Source: a virus. Taken from it: a DNA stretch of 44,450 bases. The position numbers and the translations under genes are program-made. The DNA lies in UHGV virus genome UHGV-0157893. One strand, given 5' to 3'. Below the pieces are notes generated by a model. The model was not told where the DNA came from, searched no databases, and saw only the letters and a program-made list of their open reading frames with translations. Below are positions 36,180 to 44,369 of the stretch, piece after piece (position 1 is the first letter of the stretch; the number at the start of each line of letters is the position of its first letter).

Positions 36180-36679
36180 TTTCTGCCCTCAAACGTAAAA
36201 TAGCGGCGCATGATGATAGTGATCACCGTTACCGCTGCCATTTTTGAGATGAATTGCATAGCTGATATTTCCGGCATAAATGCCATAAACGATAGCGTGG
36301 GAAAAATTAACGCATCTCCAATGGCTGAAGCTATATTTGCAGGCCAGCGTTTGGAATCGAAATCACCAGGTAAAACCCGGTAAACGCCGCCAGATATAAG
36401 CGCACCGGAAACAACCGCAACGAATGACGCGACCGCCACCATTCCGGCATCGTAGTTTATCAGCACCGTGATTGCGCCAGCGGCTGCGCACGTTGTAGCC
36501 GACCATTTCAGGCCGCCGTCATATAACAGAAAGTCGCGGATCATCATATTGACACACACTGCGGCTACCGTGGTGATCGGAATTACCCACGGGCCGCAAT
36601 GGTTAACAATAAGGTTGATGATCACGAAAACGGCGACATAAACGCAGGCCAGTAACCTGTCAATTGTCACCTTTTTCAT
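36176..36679 (-). CDS. Integral membrane protein (about 5 TM helices)
   Basis: ATG 36679 with AGAGGGA RBS (track start TTG 36709); hydrophobic throughout. Confidence 0.5.
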   Translation of the reverse strand: MKKVTIDRLLACVYVAVFVIINLIVNHCGPWVIPITTVAAVCVNMMIRDFLLYDGGLKWSATTCAAAGAITVLINYDAGMVAVASFVAVVSGALISGGVYRVLPGDFDSKRWPANIASAIGDALIFPTLSFMAFMPEISAMQFISKMAAVTVITIIMRRYFTFEGRK

Positions 36680-37145
36680 TTTGGTTATCCCTCTTCCGAC
36701 TGAAGTCAAAATTCAAATCAAGCGAATCAGTAGTACAACGACATTGAGGGTTAAGCATTGAAGGAGGCAAGCCCTTACAGCTTGTTATTGCTGCATCATT
36801 TATTATTCCATCATTAATATTGGCGGCAGTGAACTGTTTTTTCTTCCGTTCTTCCTCCTGATCGTTTAATATCTGCTCCGCTTTTAGTGCGCTGTAGCTA
36901 ATCAAGTCAACCAAAGTGTCAGTAGGATCGCTTTCATTAACTAAAATGGCCTCTAAACGCGCCTCCTTGAGACAAATTAATAGATCCCATACATCAAGCG
37001 GGGTTAAATTTGTCCCCTTCTTAGCGTTGTATATAGTGGCTATTTTTGGCGCTGATTTTTCTTCTTTTCTGTCGTAACCGTTTTGTTTACCTCTTTGCTC
37101 TATTGTTTCCGCTGCAAGTCGTAATAAATCTGCTGCATTAGTCAT
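36660..37145 (-). CDS. Hypothetical protein
   Basis: ATG 37145 with AGAGGTG RBS; overlaps Dam stop by 8 nt. Confidence 0.5.
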   Translation of the reverse strand: MTNAADLLRLAAETIEQRGKQNGYDRKEEKSAPKIATIYNAKKGTNLTPLDVWDLLICLKEARLEAILVNESDPTDTLVDLISYSALKAEQILNDQEEERKKKQFTAANINDGIINDAAITSCKGLPPSMLNPQCRCTTDSLDLNFDFSRKRDNQNEKGDN

Positions 37146-37677
37146 TATCTGCACCTCTTGCATATAGCTCTTTACGTGTTATCTGCGTGAAAATACATTC
37201 ATGTCTGCACCGTGGATGCCAGATCAAAAACAAGCTCCCTTTATTGTTTCCGCTTACTGGCTTACCAGTCGCAGCATTGATAAACGCCAGCCGCCCGCGC
37301 GTGATTAATCGGCACTCATTTGCCGTCTCAACGCCGTTCATAAACCAGCTAACAGAAACGTCAGCGGGCAATAACATTACGCAACCGATGTGATTTCGTT
37401 GATGTTCGAGCGCTGCTTTATCAACGAATGGACCTGGGTTTGAATATGGTGGATTCATCCATACATATTCGCCAGGCATTGCCACCGCTCCCCACGGATA
37501 AGTAAGCGCGTCCATTTCTTCAGTTATATACCGAGGAACGAGCGCGTTTTCCCTGTTTGCCGCCACATCTGCGACAAATTCGAACTCGCGATCCATTCCT
37601 CTAAAAACGGGTTTTGGCGTTTGCCATAAGTCTTTTATTTCTTTCGGCGTATGGCTGCCGCCGTAATCACTTTTCAT
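37138..37677 (-). CDS. dam: Phage-type DNA N6-adenine methyltransferase (Dam-like)
   Basis: ATG 37677 with AAGGGGG RBS; WMNPPYS (NPPY motif IV); 179 aa. Confidence 0.75.
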   Translation of the reverse strand: MKSDYGGSHTPKEIKDLWQTPKPVFRGMDREFEFVADVAANRENALVPRYITEEMDALTYPWGAVAMPGEYVWMNPPYSNPGPFVDKAALEHQRNHIGCVMLLPADVSVSWFMNGVETANECRLITRGRLAFINAATGKPVSGNNKGSLFLIWHPRCRHECIFTQITRKELYARGADND

Positions 37678-37686
37678 TACGCCCCC

Positions 37687-37920
37687 TTAGAAATAATCCT
37701 GTTTCGTTCCCCAACGGTTGTTTAAATACCCCACCAACCACACAAAGCGCTCAATGCTGATTAGTGGGGCGACTTTGCGATAATGCTTATCTAATATCAT
37801 CCGCGTGGCTTTATCGCTGTAGCCGTTTTTCTCTACCTCCGCTTTGCAGGCCGAAAGCGCGGCGCGGGCGGCAGTCTTTACGGCGTTAAATTGCGGCTCT
37901 GACATATTGAATAAGGCCAT
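37687..37920 (-). CDS. Hypothetical protein
   Basis: ATG 37920 with GGTGA RBS (track ORF extended upstream in-frame). Confidence 0.45.
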   Translation of the reverse strand: MALFNMSEPQFNAVKTAARAALSACKAEVEKNGYSDKATRMILDKHYRKVAPLISIERFVWLVGYLNNRWGTKQDYF

Positions 37921-37924
37921 AGGA

Positions 37925-38161
37925 TCACCATGTGTCAGTCCAATCCGGCGCGGCAGTCCAGCAAAAACCAATGAATGCGCTAACAGCCAATAAAGCGCGG
38001 GCTGCAAAAAGAATATTCCCAATGTCGTTAAATTCAGGAAGCGACCACGTAATAAACATAGCCCCCAGCATAATAACACCGATAACAGTCATGGCCGCCA
38101 GGAAAACAAAAAGCGTAGCCAAAAGCCACGCCCCCAACCAGTTAAAAAAGCTCTTAAGCAT
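37925..38161 (-). CDS. Small membrane protein (two TM helices)
   Basis: ATG 38161 with GAGGA RBS; track start TTG 38176. Confidence 0.45.
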   Translation of the reverse strand: MLKSFFNWLGAWLLATLFVFLAAMTVIGVIMLGAMFITWSLPEFNDIGNILFAARALLAVSAFIGFCWTAAPDWTDTW

Positions 38162-38162
38162 T

Positions 38163-38366
38163 TTAAACGTCCTCAATTACCCCGCCTTTCACGCGCTCTT
38201 TAATATCCCATACGTGAGGCTTGCATATTTCCTGATAATAGTGATCCGGCCTGCTGCCGAAATACCATTTGCCATCCATATAAAAATAAACGCCAGAATA
38301 ATTTCCTGGCGCTGCCTTTGTTGCTGCTTCTGGAATTTTCCATTCCATGTAATGTTTAAATTTCAT
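38163..38366 (-). CDS. Hypothetical protein
   Basis: ATG 38366; 67 aa; no clear RBS. Confidence 0.4.
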   Translation of the reverse strand: MKFKHYMEWKIPEAATKAAPGNYSGVYFYMDGKWYFGSRPDHYYQEICKPHVWDIKERVKGGVIEDV

Positions 38367-38550
38367 GAGTTTTTAAATAACCCCTTCTGAATGCTTTGAT
38401 GTAAATTCCTAGTCGCCTTATATGTTGAACGCCATCAATAAGACGTATTAAATAAATCGCTCCTTTTGCGTCAGATACAAATCTACACCCGAAACCAATG
38501 CCAACTAATTTTAGGCTATCAGGTATTCGATAATCAGTTTCTTGTTCCAT
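38356..38550 (-). CDS. Hypothetical protein
   Basis: ATG 38550 with GAGGT RBS. Confidence 0.5.
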   Translation of the reverse strand: MEQETDYRIPDSLKLVGIGFGCRFVSDAKGAIYLIRLIDGVQHIRRLGIYIKAFRRGYLKTHEI

Positions 38551-38556
38551 ACATTA

Positions 38557-38646
38557 CCTCATATGGTATTCAATAAACCACCTGATAAACAGGCATAAGG
38601 CAATAAAACCCCAGCAACAGCACATATAAAACAATGTGTCGTCCAT
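38557..38646 (-). CDS. Possible tiny hydrophobic, Cys-rich ORF (29 aa)
   Basis: ATG 38646 right after upstream stop; MDDTLFYMCCCWGFIALCLFIRWFIEYHM; not in ORF track (below cutoff). Confidence 0.25.
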
Positions 38647-38648
38647 AA

Positions 38649-38867
38649 TTAAGCCTCAATAACACCGTAATCAAACGTGCCTAAATACCGTTCGATACTT
38701 ACAACCTCAATACCATCAATGCACCGTTTCCACACAGACACCCGGCTTTCATTTTCCCGGAAGTGCATATTAGAAAGCACTTCATCGGCTGGATAGCCTT
38801 TCCCGGCGACGTAGGCATCATGGCCTACGCCACCCTCAACGCAATAAAGCATGTATTCGCGGGCCAT
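38649..38867 (-). CDS. Hypothetical protein
   Basis: ATG 38867 with GGAGGA RBS; 72 aa. Confidence 0.5.
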   Translation of the reverse strand: MAREYMLYCVEGGVGHDAYVAGKGYPADEVLSNMHFRENESRVSVWKRCIDGIEVVSIERYLGTFDYGVIEA

Positions 38868-38966
38868 CTTGTTTTCCTCCGTGCCGTAAACCTTTTGATT
38901 TCGGTTTACAAAACGGATACGCGATCACAACACAAAATGTATATTTATGTGATCGCAATCACGCTG

Positions 38967-39587
38967 TTAATGCAGTACACGTTTTTCCGGTTCAGGCATT
39001 GGCTGTGAGTTTTTCCGTGCATCATTAAGCACCGCAATAGCCGCCTGTACACCTAGATCATTTGCACGCATATCATTGCCGACCATTTCAACGTAAAGCA
39101 ATGGCATGAAAAATTTTATTTCTTCCTCTTTGTGGCCTTCATCAATACATTTCTGCATCACCTTAACTTCAAAGAGTTTTTTCATCATGCCACGCATAGA
39201 ATACAGCGCAATGCTTCCCATACGTTTTTCATCAAGCGGGAAGATAACAGCGCTTCCGAACGCAAGCGGGTCAATATCTTCCGGCACTGGTACGCGCCCA
39301 TATTCCTCTTCCATGCGTTTTACGAAAGCAAGACAGAAGACATAGCGAGCTACCGATGTTTTTTCTTCCGCACTTAAAGACACATAATCGCGGATGTTTG
39401 CATCCATCACAATATCAACAATCTGTAACGCCAGATTCAAATCAGCGTCATACTTGCCAGCTTCCATATCTTTCAATACTTCGTGATAATCTTTAATTTC
39501 TACTTCATGAAAACTTGCGTCTTCAGTGTAGCGAGTGATTAACATGCCTTCGCTGCCGAGTGAATAAGCCGTTTTGATGTCGTTCAT
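38967..39587 (-). CDS. Hypothetical acidic protein
   Basis: ATG 39587 with AAGGA RBS; 206 aa. Confidence 0.5.
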   Translation of the reverse strand: MNDIKTAYSLGSEGMLITRYTEDASFHEVEIKDYHEVLKDMEAGKYDADLNLALQIVDIVMDANIRDYVSLSAEEKTSVARYVFCLAFVKRMEEEYGRVPVPEDIDPLAFGSAVIFPLDEKRMGSIALYSMRGMMKKLFEVKVMQKCIDEGHKEEEIKFFMPLLYVEMVGNDMRANDLGVQAAIAVLNDARKNSQPMPEPEKRVLH

Positions 39588-39599
39588 GATATTTATCCT

Positions 39600-39932
39600 T
39601 TATAGTGGATGATGCCATTTCATTTCAGTTTCTGGGTTGAACGGGTTTCCTTCACTTGAAAGGAATAAATCACGCGCCCGTTTTAGCTCTTCCTGGCTTA
39701 TTTCTATTTCATCAATCTGACCGAACGATCCAGGCATCATCCGTTTTAAATCAGATAGCGGGCGCATAAGGCCGCAACCGCGTAACAGCATATCGACCGC
39801 GAATTGTCGCCGCCCGGCGGCGTCATTAAAGCGCCGTGCCCAGGGAACAACCACGATCCGGCGTTCGAATTCAATAAATAGTGATAGCTTGTTTGTTTCG
39901 CTATCATATGCTTTATGGAATTTAATTTTCAT
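39600..39932 (-). CDS. Hypothetical protein
   Basis: ATG 39932 with GAGGTG RBS; 110 aa. Confidence 0.5.
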   Translation of the reverse strand: MKIKFHKAYDSETNKLSLFIEFERRIVVVPWARRFNDAAGRRQFAVDMLLRGCGLMRPLSDLKRMMPGSFGQIDEIEISQEELKRARDLFLSSEGNPFNPETEMKWHHPL

Positions 39933-40113
39933 TTAACACCTCGACATATTGCTCAAGATGCCATTTACCCACCTCGTCATCTTCTTCATCAAATAATGTT
40001 ACTTGACCCACAGGCCCGAAAGAAAAGGCAGCGACAATAAATTTATAGCCATACCACGTGCGGATCTTTTCGCCGCCTTTCAGGTCTTTAACTTTCACTA
40101 ATTTTATAGCCAT
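39922..40113 (-). CDS. Hypothetical protein
   Basis: ATG 40113; 63 aa. Confidence 0.4.
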   Translation of the reverse strand: MAIKLVKVKDLKGGEKIRTWYGYKFIVAAFSFGPVGQVTLFDEEDDEVGKWHLEQYVEVLNEN

Positions 40114-40376
40114 ACGCCAAACATCCCATTCAGTCCGGCGAACAATTTCCGCCAGTGGTCTTCAACATAATCCCGGAACGGCTTAACGCGAACATTGCGG
40201 GCCTTTAGTTCAATCTCATCAAAGTAGCGTGGCTCTATGATTTCCCCGTCCAGATATTTAACCAATAGCGGGCGCTCAAGATCGTTGCACATCTTGTTCA
40301 GTACAACCAATCCAGGGTCATCACGATATTCAGGCAATACGACAAGATCACCAGCCTTTGCATCCCACGTTTTCAT
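40104..40376 (-). CDS. Hypothetical protein
   Basis: ATG 40376 overlapping the stop of the upstream tiny ORF (TGATG); the track's TTG-start 118-aa version is judged an over-extension. Confidence 0.4.
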   Translation of the reverse strand: MKTWDAKAGDLVVLPEYRDDPGLVVLNKMCNDLERPLLVKYLDGEIIEPRYFDEIELKARNVRVKPFRDYVEDHWRKLFAGLNGMFGVWL

Positions 40377-40495
40377 CACAGCAACCCACTGAAAATAAAG
40401 TTGACCACCGCAGCAAGTGCGCCACAAAAAACAACCACAAACAGGAAGCAAATAATGCAAAACGCGACCGTCACAATATCCTTACCGACTTTCAT
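40376..40495 (-). CDS. Tiny hydrophobic ORF (39 aa)
   Basis: ATG 40495 with GAGGT RBS; MKVGKDIVTVAFCIICFLFVVVFCGALAAVVNFIFSGLL. Confidence 0.35.
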   Translation of the reverse strand: MKVGKDIVTVAFCIICFLFVVVFCGALAAVVNFIFSGLL

Positions 40496-40503
40496 GATTA
40501 ACC

Positions 40504-40617
40504 TCACATAGTAGTAATCAGCTTGATGATCGCCACCGTAATATAAAGCGATACGCTAAGATATAGCGCCGCGACAGCCAACGCCGCAGCCAATGCGGCA
40601 ATTTTTGCAAAGCTCAT
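40504..40617 (-). CDS. Tiny hydrophobic ORF (37 aa)
   Basis: ATGA overlap with the stop of 40614..40838; MSFAKIAALAAALAVAALYLSVSLYITVAIIKLITTY. Confidence 0.35.
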   Translation of the reverse strand: MSFAKIAALAAALAVAALYLSVSLYITVAIIKLITTM

Positions 40618-40838
40618 TTGCCACCCTCCGCAATTAACTTATCAAGCCATTTGTTATTAGCCAGCCGTTCGGCATCTTCGCCGAATGATTTACGGTCGCT
40701 TAATTCCTGGCGAGTAGGCTTAGGCCATTTATCGTGCCACCCCGCAGACGTTTCGAACTCATACAGGCCGCCGTCAAAACAAATAAGCTCATCACGACCG
40801 TCAGGAATTTCCTTGTCTACTTCTTTTTCTTCAATCAT
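40614..40838 (-). CDS. Hypothetical protein
   Basis: ATG 40838 with GAGGTG RBS; 74 aa. Confidence 0.5.
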   Translation of the reverse strand: MIEEKEVDKEIPDGRDELICFDGGLYEFETSAGWHDKWPKPTRQELSDRKSFGEDAERLANNKWLDKLIAEGGK

Positions 40839-40850
40839 GATAACACCTCA

Positions 40851-41144
40851 TTAATCATTAATGACCTGGCCCATACGCCCGCGATATTTGCGCATACGTG
40901 GATCGACATATTCAGGCCAGTGCATATCCGGTTTTCTTTGCAGCGGATAAAAACTTGCCTGCCAGTTGTCGAACCATATTTGTTTTGCGTACAGGTCACT
41001 AAATCTTTTTGCCATCCGTTCCGCTGCCGTGCCGCATAAAAAAAGCCCATGATCTATTTGATCACGGGCTTCTTTTAGAACTTGCTCTTTTGTTCGCGGA
41101 ATCGGCGGCGCATCAAGATAGCGCGTAGATCCTGCTTTTGCCAT
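40851..41144 (-). CDS. Hypothetical protein
   Basis: ATG 41144 (overlaps ssb 3' end by about 30 nt); start uncertain. Confidence 0.4.
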   Translation of the reverse strand: MAKAGSTRYLDAPPIPRTKEQVLKEARDQIDHGLFLCGTAAERMAKRFSDLYAKQIWFDNWQASFYPLQRKPDMHWPEYVDPRMRKYRGRMGQVIND

Positions 41145-41574
41145 ATTGTAACCCCATAGGAGCAAATGGGATGTCGTCATCGAAATCAGGAGGGACATCA
41201 TTCCCGTTATTATTTTGAGGCGGTGGCGCTTTCTGCTGCTGGCCTTGCTGCTGGCCTTGTTGGTTAACGTTCATGAATTCAAATTCGTTAACCGCCACTT
41301 CTACCGCCGTTCCCTTCGTGCCGTCGTTCCGGTCATATTGCCGAACATCCAGGCGACCGCTTACCACTATTTTTCCACCCTTGCGGATATGTGGCGCTAA
41401 TTTTTCCGCACGCTCACCAAATACCAGGCAAGTGACCCACATTGTCCGCTTATTATCGCCGTAGCCATTCGTTACAGCTAACGGAAAACTACCAATCGCT
41501 TTCCCGTTTTGTGTGTAGCGAACCTCCATATCATTACCGATATTCCCGCCCAGCGTGATTGAATTTAAACTCAT
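41113..41574 (-). CDS. ssb: Single-stranded DNA-binding protein
   Basis: ATG 41574 (TAATG overlap with erf); OB-fold-like N-terminus, Gln/Pro-rich linker, C-terminal acidic tail DFDDDIPF. Confidence 0.85.
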   Translation of the reverse strand: MSLNSITLGGNIGNDMEVRYTQNGKAIGSFPLAVTNGYGDNKRTMWVTCLVFGERAEKLAPHIRKGGKIVVSGRLDVRQYDRNDGTKGTAVEVAVNEFEFMNVNQQGQQQGQQQKAPPPQNNNGNDVPPDFDDDIPFAPMGLQYGKSRIYALS

Positions 41575-42218
41575 TAACCCATCTCCCCGTTAAGCTCTGC
41601 TACCCGGATGTCATAAACATCTTTTGCCTTGATTCGATGTTCCGATCCTTCCGGTAGTAATTTCCAGCATTTGCCAAATATTTCACGCAGCTTGTTAGCG
41701 TCCTGCGCTTTCGCTGCTGCATCACAGAAACGTGCTAATACTTCATCAGGATTTGGCGGCGCTTTCTGCTGCTGTGGTTGTTGTTTTGGTGGGTTTTTCT
41801 GCTGGCGAGGCTGCTGGCCTGTCTGCTTAGCGTATGCGTCAGTATCAGGATCTCGCGCATCATCAATGCAGAATAAACCGTTCAAAGCATATTTTCGCGC
41901 GTAACTTGATGTCGCACCTGTTAGCTGGCTTGCGTCCATTCCCTTCTTGCTTTCTTCTTCCCTGGCGTAAGCCGTTGCCGCTATTTCGTCTTCACCGTCG
42001 CTTAGCGTCGCCGTAGCTTTCACATAATAGCGATTGCCGATCAGGACAATTTCATCGCTTACAGTCAGCGTAATACTTTGAAGCAGTGGTTTAACCGCCT
42101 CTAAAATATCCTCCGCCGACCTGTAATTATATCCACCAAAATTATTACGCTGATTTTTCGGCGCGTTCAGCGTTTGCTGAACCGTCCATAGCTTTTTATG
42201 TAACTCTGTTTTCACCAT
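41574..42218 (-). CDS. erf: Erf-family single-strand annealing recombinase
   Basis: ATG 42218 with GGGAG RBS; 214 aa; ERF-type N-terminal domain followed by Gln/Pro-rich region. Confidence 0.7.
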   Translation of the reverse strand: MVKTELHKKLWTVQQTLNAPKNQRNNFGGYNYRSAEDILEAVKPLLQSITLTVSDEIVLIGNRYYVKATATLSDGEDEIAATAYAREEESKKGMDASQLTGATSSYARKYALNGLFCIDDARDPDTDAYAKQTGQQPRQQKNPPKQQPQQQKAPPNPDEVLARFCDAAAKAQDANKLREIFGKCWKLLPEGSEHRIKAKDVYDIRVAELNGEMG

Positions 42219-42334
42219 TTAATCTCCCGTGCTGTTAACACTATGTATAAGGCTTTATTCGCGGCGCTCCACATTTCGGCATCGTGAAGCATTTCCGCTA
42301 CTGCCAGTTTGAATTGAAGCGCCTGAATAACCAT
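42212..42334 (-). CDS. Possible small ORF (40 aa) upstream of erf
   Basis: ATG 42334 with GGAG RBS; overlaps the erf start by 7 nt. Confidence 0.3.
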   Translation of the reverse strand: MVIQALQFKLAVAEMLHDAEMWSAANKALYIVLTAREIKW

Positions 42335-42364
42335 AATGTCATCTCCGGATGTTTACATTTTGTA

Positions 42365-42655
42365 TTAATGGTAGCGGACTTTATCCAGGGGTTTTTCCCC
42401 TAAATGGCGTGGTTGCGTTGCGTGGTAGTAGCTGCCGCTTTCATTTTCCGTATACCATTTTACTGATCCTTTGCGACGTTCTTTAATGCTATTTGGTTTG
42501 CATCTTTCCTCGTTTGCAAATCGAATAGCTTTATCCACATTGTCTGTTTTATTGATTGCAGGTGATGATTTTCTTTCGTTTTCTCTTTTTATCCTTCTGC
42601 GTTCCCTGGCATTCATTTTGCTATCACATTTACCATATATAATTGTAACGCTCAT
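42365..42655 (-). CDS. N: N-type transcription antiterminator (P22 gene 24-like)
   Basis: ATG 42655 with GGAGA RBS; MSVTIIYGKCDSKMNARERRRIKR resembles the P22 gp24 N-terminus and arginine-rich motif; first gene after the leftward promoter. Confidence 0.6.
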   Translation of the reverse strand: MSVTIIYGKCDSKMNARERRRIKRENERKSSPAINKTDNVDKAIRFANEERCKPNSIKERRKGSVKWYTENESGSYYHATQPRHLGEKPLDKVRYH

Positions 42656-42711
42656 AATCTGATCTCCGTATATCCTTGATGATACTTAATAAAAAATCAT
42701 CTTCGTTAATT

Positions 42712-42750
42712 GCCGCACTTCCAGCGGCTGACCAGATTGTTAATGAGCGG
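42712..42750 (-). promoter_or_regulatory. nutL-like site (boxA-like CGCTCATTA plus boxB-like hairpin)
   Basis: Minus strand: CGCTCATTAA, 11 nt, GCCGC-TGGAAGT-GCGGC; lies between the PL-like promoter and N. Confidence 0.4.
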
Positions 42751-43003
42751 CTTAACATCTTTCAACTAATCCCGCAATCATCGCCGTTCCCGGCGTGACC
42801 TTGCTCACTCCAAGCAAGCTGACTCGTCGCCTTGCGTGCGGTTTCGTGGGGGATGTAACGCTTTAAACACCCCATGCGCCTTGTTATCAGTGCCGCTTTC
42901 GGTCCCCCATCGGGGAGTTACTCCACGGTTGACAAGGTGTTAAGCCTGATTTTTAAAGTGCCAGGAAGTTGCTTTTGTTACCTGCGCCCTTCCTTTGACT
43001 CGC

Positions 43004-43032
43004 AATATACGCCCCGTAAAACATCGAGTCAA
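43004..43032 (-). promoter_or_regulatory. Strong sigma70-type leftward promoter (PL candidate) within an inverted repeat
   Basis: Minus strand TTGACT, 17 nt, TATATT; overlapped by inverted repeat TTGACTCG...CGAGTCAA (42995-43032) and abutted by the CCATTTTGTATAC motif (43034-43046). Confidence 0.55.
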
Positions 43033-43124
43033 TCCATTTTGTATACTTTTTTAAAATATTTTATATGCCATTGATATTTAAATAATAAATAACGTTTTCT
43101 GTTTACGTTTTGGTGTTTTCCAGG

Positions 43125-43150
43125 CAAAGAAAAGCCGCCATTCGGCGGCT
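43125..43150 (-). terminator. Terminator after the repressor gene
   Basis: Minus strand GCCGCC-gaat-GGCGGC then TTTTCTTTG, directly 3' of the cI-like stop. Confidence 0.6.
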
Positions 43151-43155
43151 AATGT

Positions 43156-43803
43156 TTATGGCAGGTTTACGATCTTCGCATCAACCACCACGCCTATAAT
43201 TTTTGATTCTGGATTCATAGGGATTGGCGGATACAGCGGATTGAGCGAACGTAAAAGCCTTTGACCTCCATCAATAATCAACTGTTTAAACGTCGGTATC
43301 TGCCCTTCCTCAAGCTGGGCTATAACCAGTTTGCCGTCAATAGCTGGCGCGTGCGGGTCCACAAGTATCATCGTCCCCGCCGGGATGCTCAACCCCTGCG
43401 GCGCGTTCATTGATTCACCTTTGGCAACCAGCCAGTAACTGTCATCTGAACAAATAACGCTAGTCGTAACGTGTCGTAATGCTGAACGCCTTGCGTCATC
43501 CATATTGTTTACTGTGTCCTTCCAGTCAATAACCGGGTAACTACCTAAATCACGCGGCGGCACGGCCTGAAGTGTATTAGAAACAGAATCATCAATGACC
43601 ATACCATCATGTGTAACAGTGAACTGCCGACGACCAAGCTCTCGCATAATCCGCGCAATATCTTCAAGATTTGGCTCGCGGCGACCGTTCAGCCAGTGTG
43701 ACAGGCCGCCTTTAGTTATCCCCATGCGATCCGCTAGTGAATCCTGGCTCATGCCCTGCGCCCGCATGAGCTGCTTTGCTAAGTCATACCATTTTGTTTT
43801 CAT
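43156..43803 (-). CDS. cI: CI-like repressor (HTH_XRE plus S24 LexA-type peptidase)
   Basis: ATG 43803; HTH (QDSLADRMGITKGGLSHWLNGRR); C-terminal S24 domain with GESM (Ser) and a downstream Lys (KQL). Confidence 0.85.
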   Translation of the reverse strand: MKTKWYDLAKQLMRAQGMSQDSLADRMGITKGGLSHWLNGRREPNLEDIARIMRELGRRQFTVTHDGMVIDDSVSNTLQAVPPRDLGSYPVIDWKDTVNNMDDARRSALRHVTTSVICSDDSYWLVAKGESMNAPQGLSIPAGTMILVDPHAPAIDGKLVIAQLEEGQIPTFKQLIIDGGQRLLRSLNPLYPPIPMNPESKIIGVVVDAKIVNLP

Positions 43804-44108
43804 GTCGCTACCCTATAACCTCAAAAAGTTTGATGCAAGTCACAAAACGTGTATTTTAAGCCTTGATCTTAAAATTCCATTTTGTAAACTTGCAGACAAG
43901 GTAAGGCCATACTTGCAAAGACGCAAGGAAAAAGATAACGGAAGGCACAAAAAGGCACTTACCTTAAGCTCTTTAAAAATCCGGTGTCGCTGCGAAGCGA
44001 AAAACAAATATCACGCAACGGCGGGATCTGTTGAGCGGTCAGTCACTGCTATCTAATGCTAATGGGATGCCCGCCCGCGCGTTCACTCTAACCATAGGAG
44101 AAAACACG

Positions 44109-44366
44109 ATGAGTATGCACATGATGAATGAAGTATGGAACGTAAAACTTAACAGCCCGATTCAAAAACTTGTCTTAATGGCTCTGGCTGAAAAGGCAGA
44201 TAACAAAGGACGGGTACATGATGCATCACGCAAAGAAGTAGCCGCAATGTGTGAACTTCCTGTTCATACGGTACATGATGCCTTCGCCGCGTTAATGGAT
44301 AAAGGATTTGTTTGTCGTCTTGATGCATTCAGTGATGTCTATGTAGTGATGTTGCCGGAGGGATGA
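44109..44366 (+). CDS. Winged-helix DNA-binding protein (HTH_36-like), first gene of rightward operon
   Basis: ATG 44109 with AGGAG RBS 8 nt upstream (track frame starts at TTG 44031); SPIQKLVLMALAEKADNKGRVHDASRKEVAAMCELPVHTVHDAFAALMDKGFV matches the HTH_36 pattern. Confidence 0.55.
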   Translation: MSMHMMNEVWNVKLNSPIQKLVLMALAEKADNKGRVHDASRKEVAAMCELPVHTVHDAFAALMDKGFVCRLDAFSDVYVVMLPEG

Positions 44367-44369
44367 TCT

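Noticed and set aside
36176-36679. Considered calling the membrane protein a queuosine-precursor (YhhQ-like) transporter implying 7-deazaguanine DNA modification
   Set aside because: No remembered signature motif could be matched and no dpdA/queC/queD/queE/folE-like genes are in the window; left as generic membrane protein.
40104-40460. ORF-track 118-aa ORF with TTG start
   Set aside because: The N-terminal 28 codons overlap two better-supported tiny ORFs with RBS and coupling; the ATG at 40376 gives a 90-aa protein that fits the stop of the upstream ORF.
43804-44108. Search for a cro-like small ORF or tRNA in the 305-bp cI-to-rightward-gene interval
   Set aside because: No ATG/GTG-initiated ORF longer than about 11 codons with an RBS on either strand and no obvious cloverleaf-forming segment; treated as regulatory DNA.
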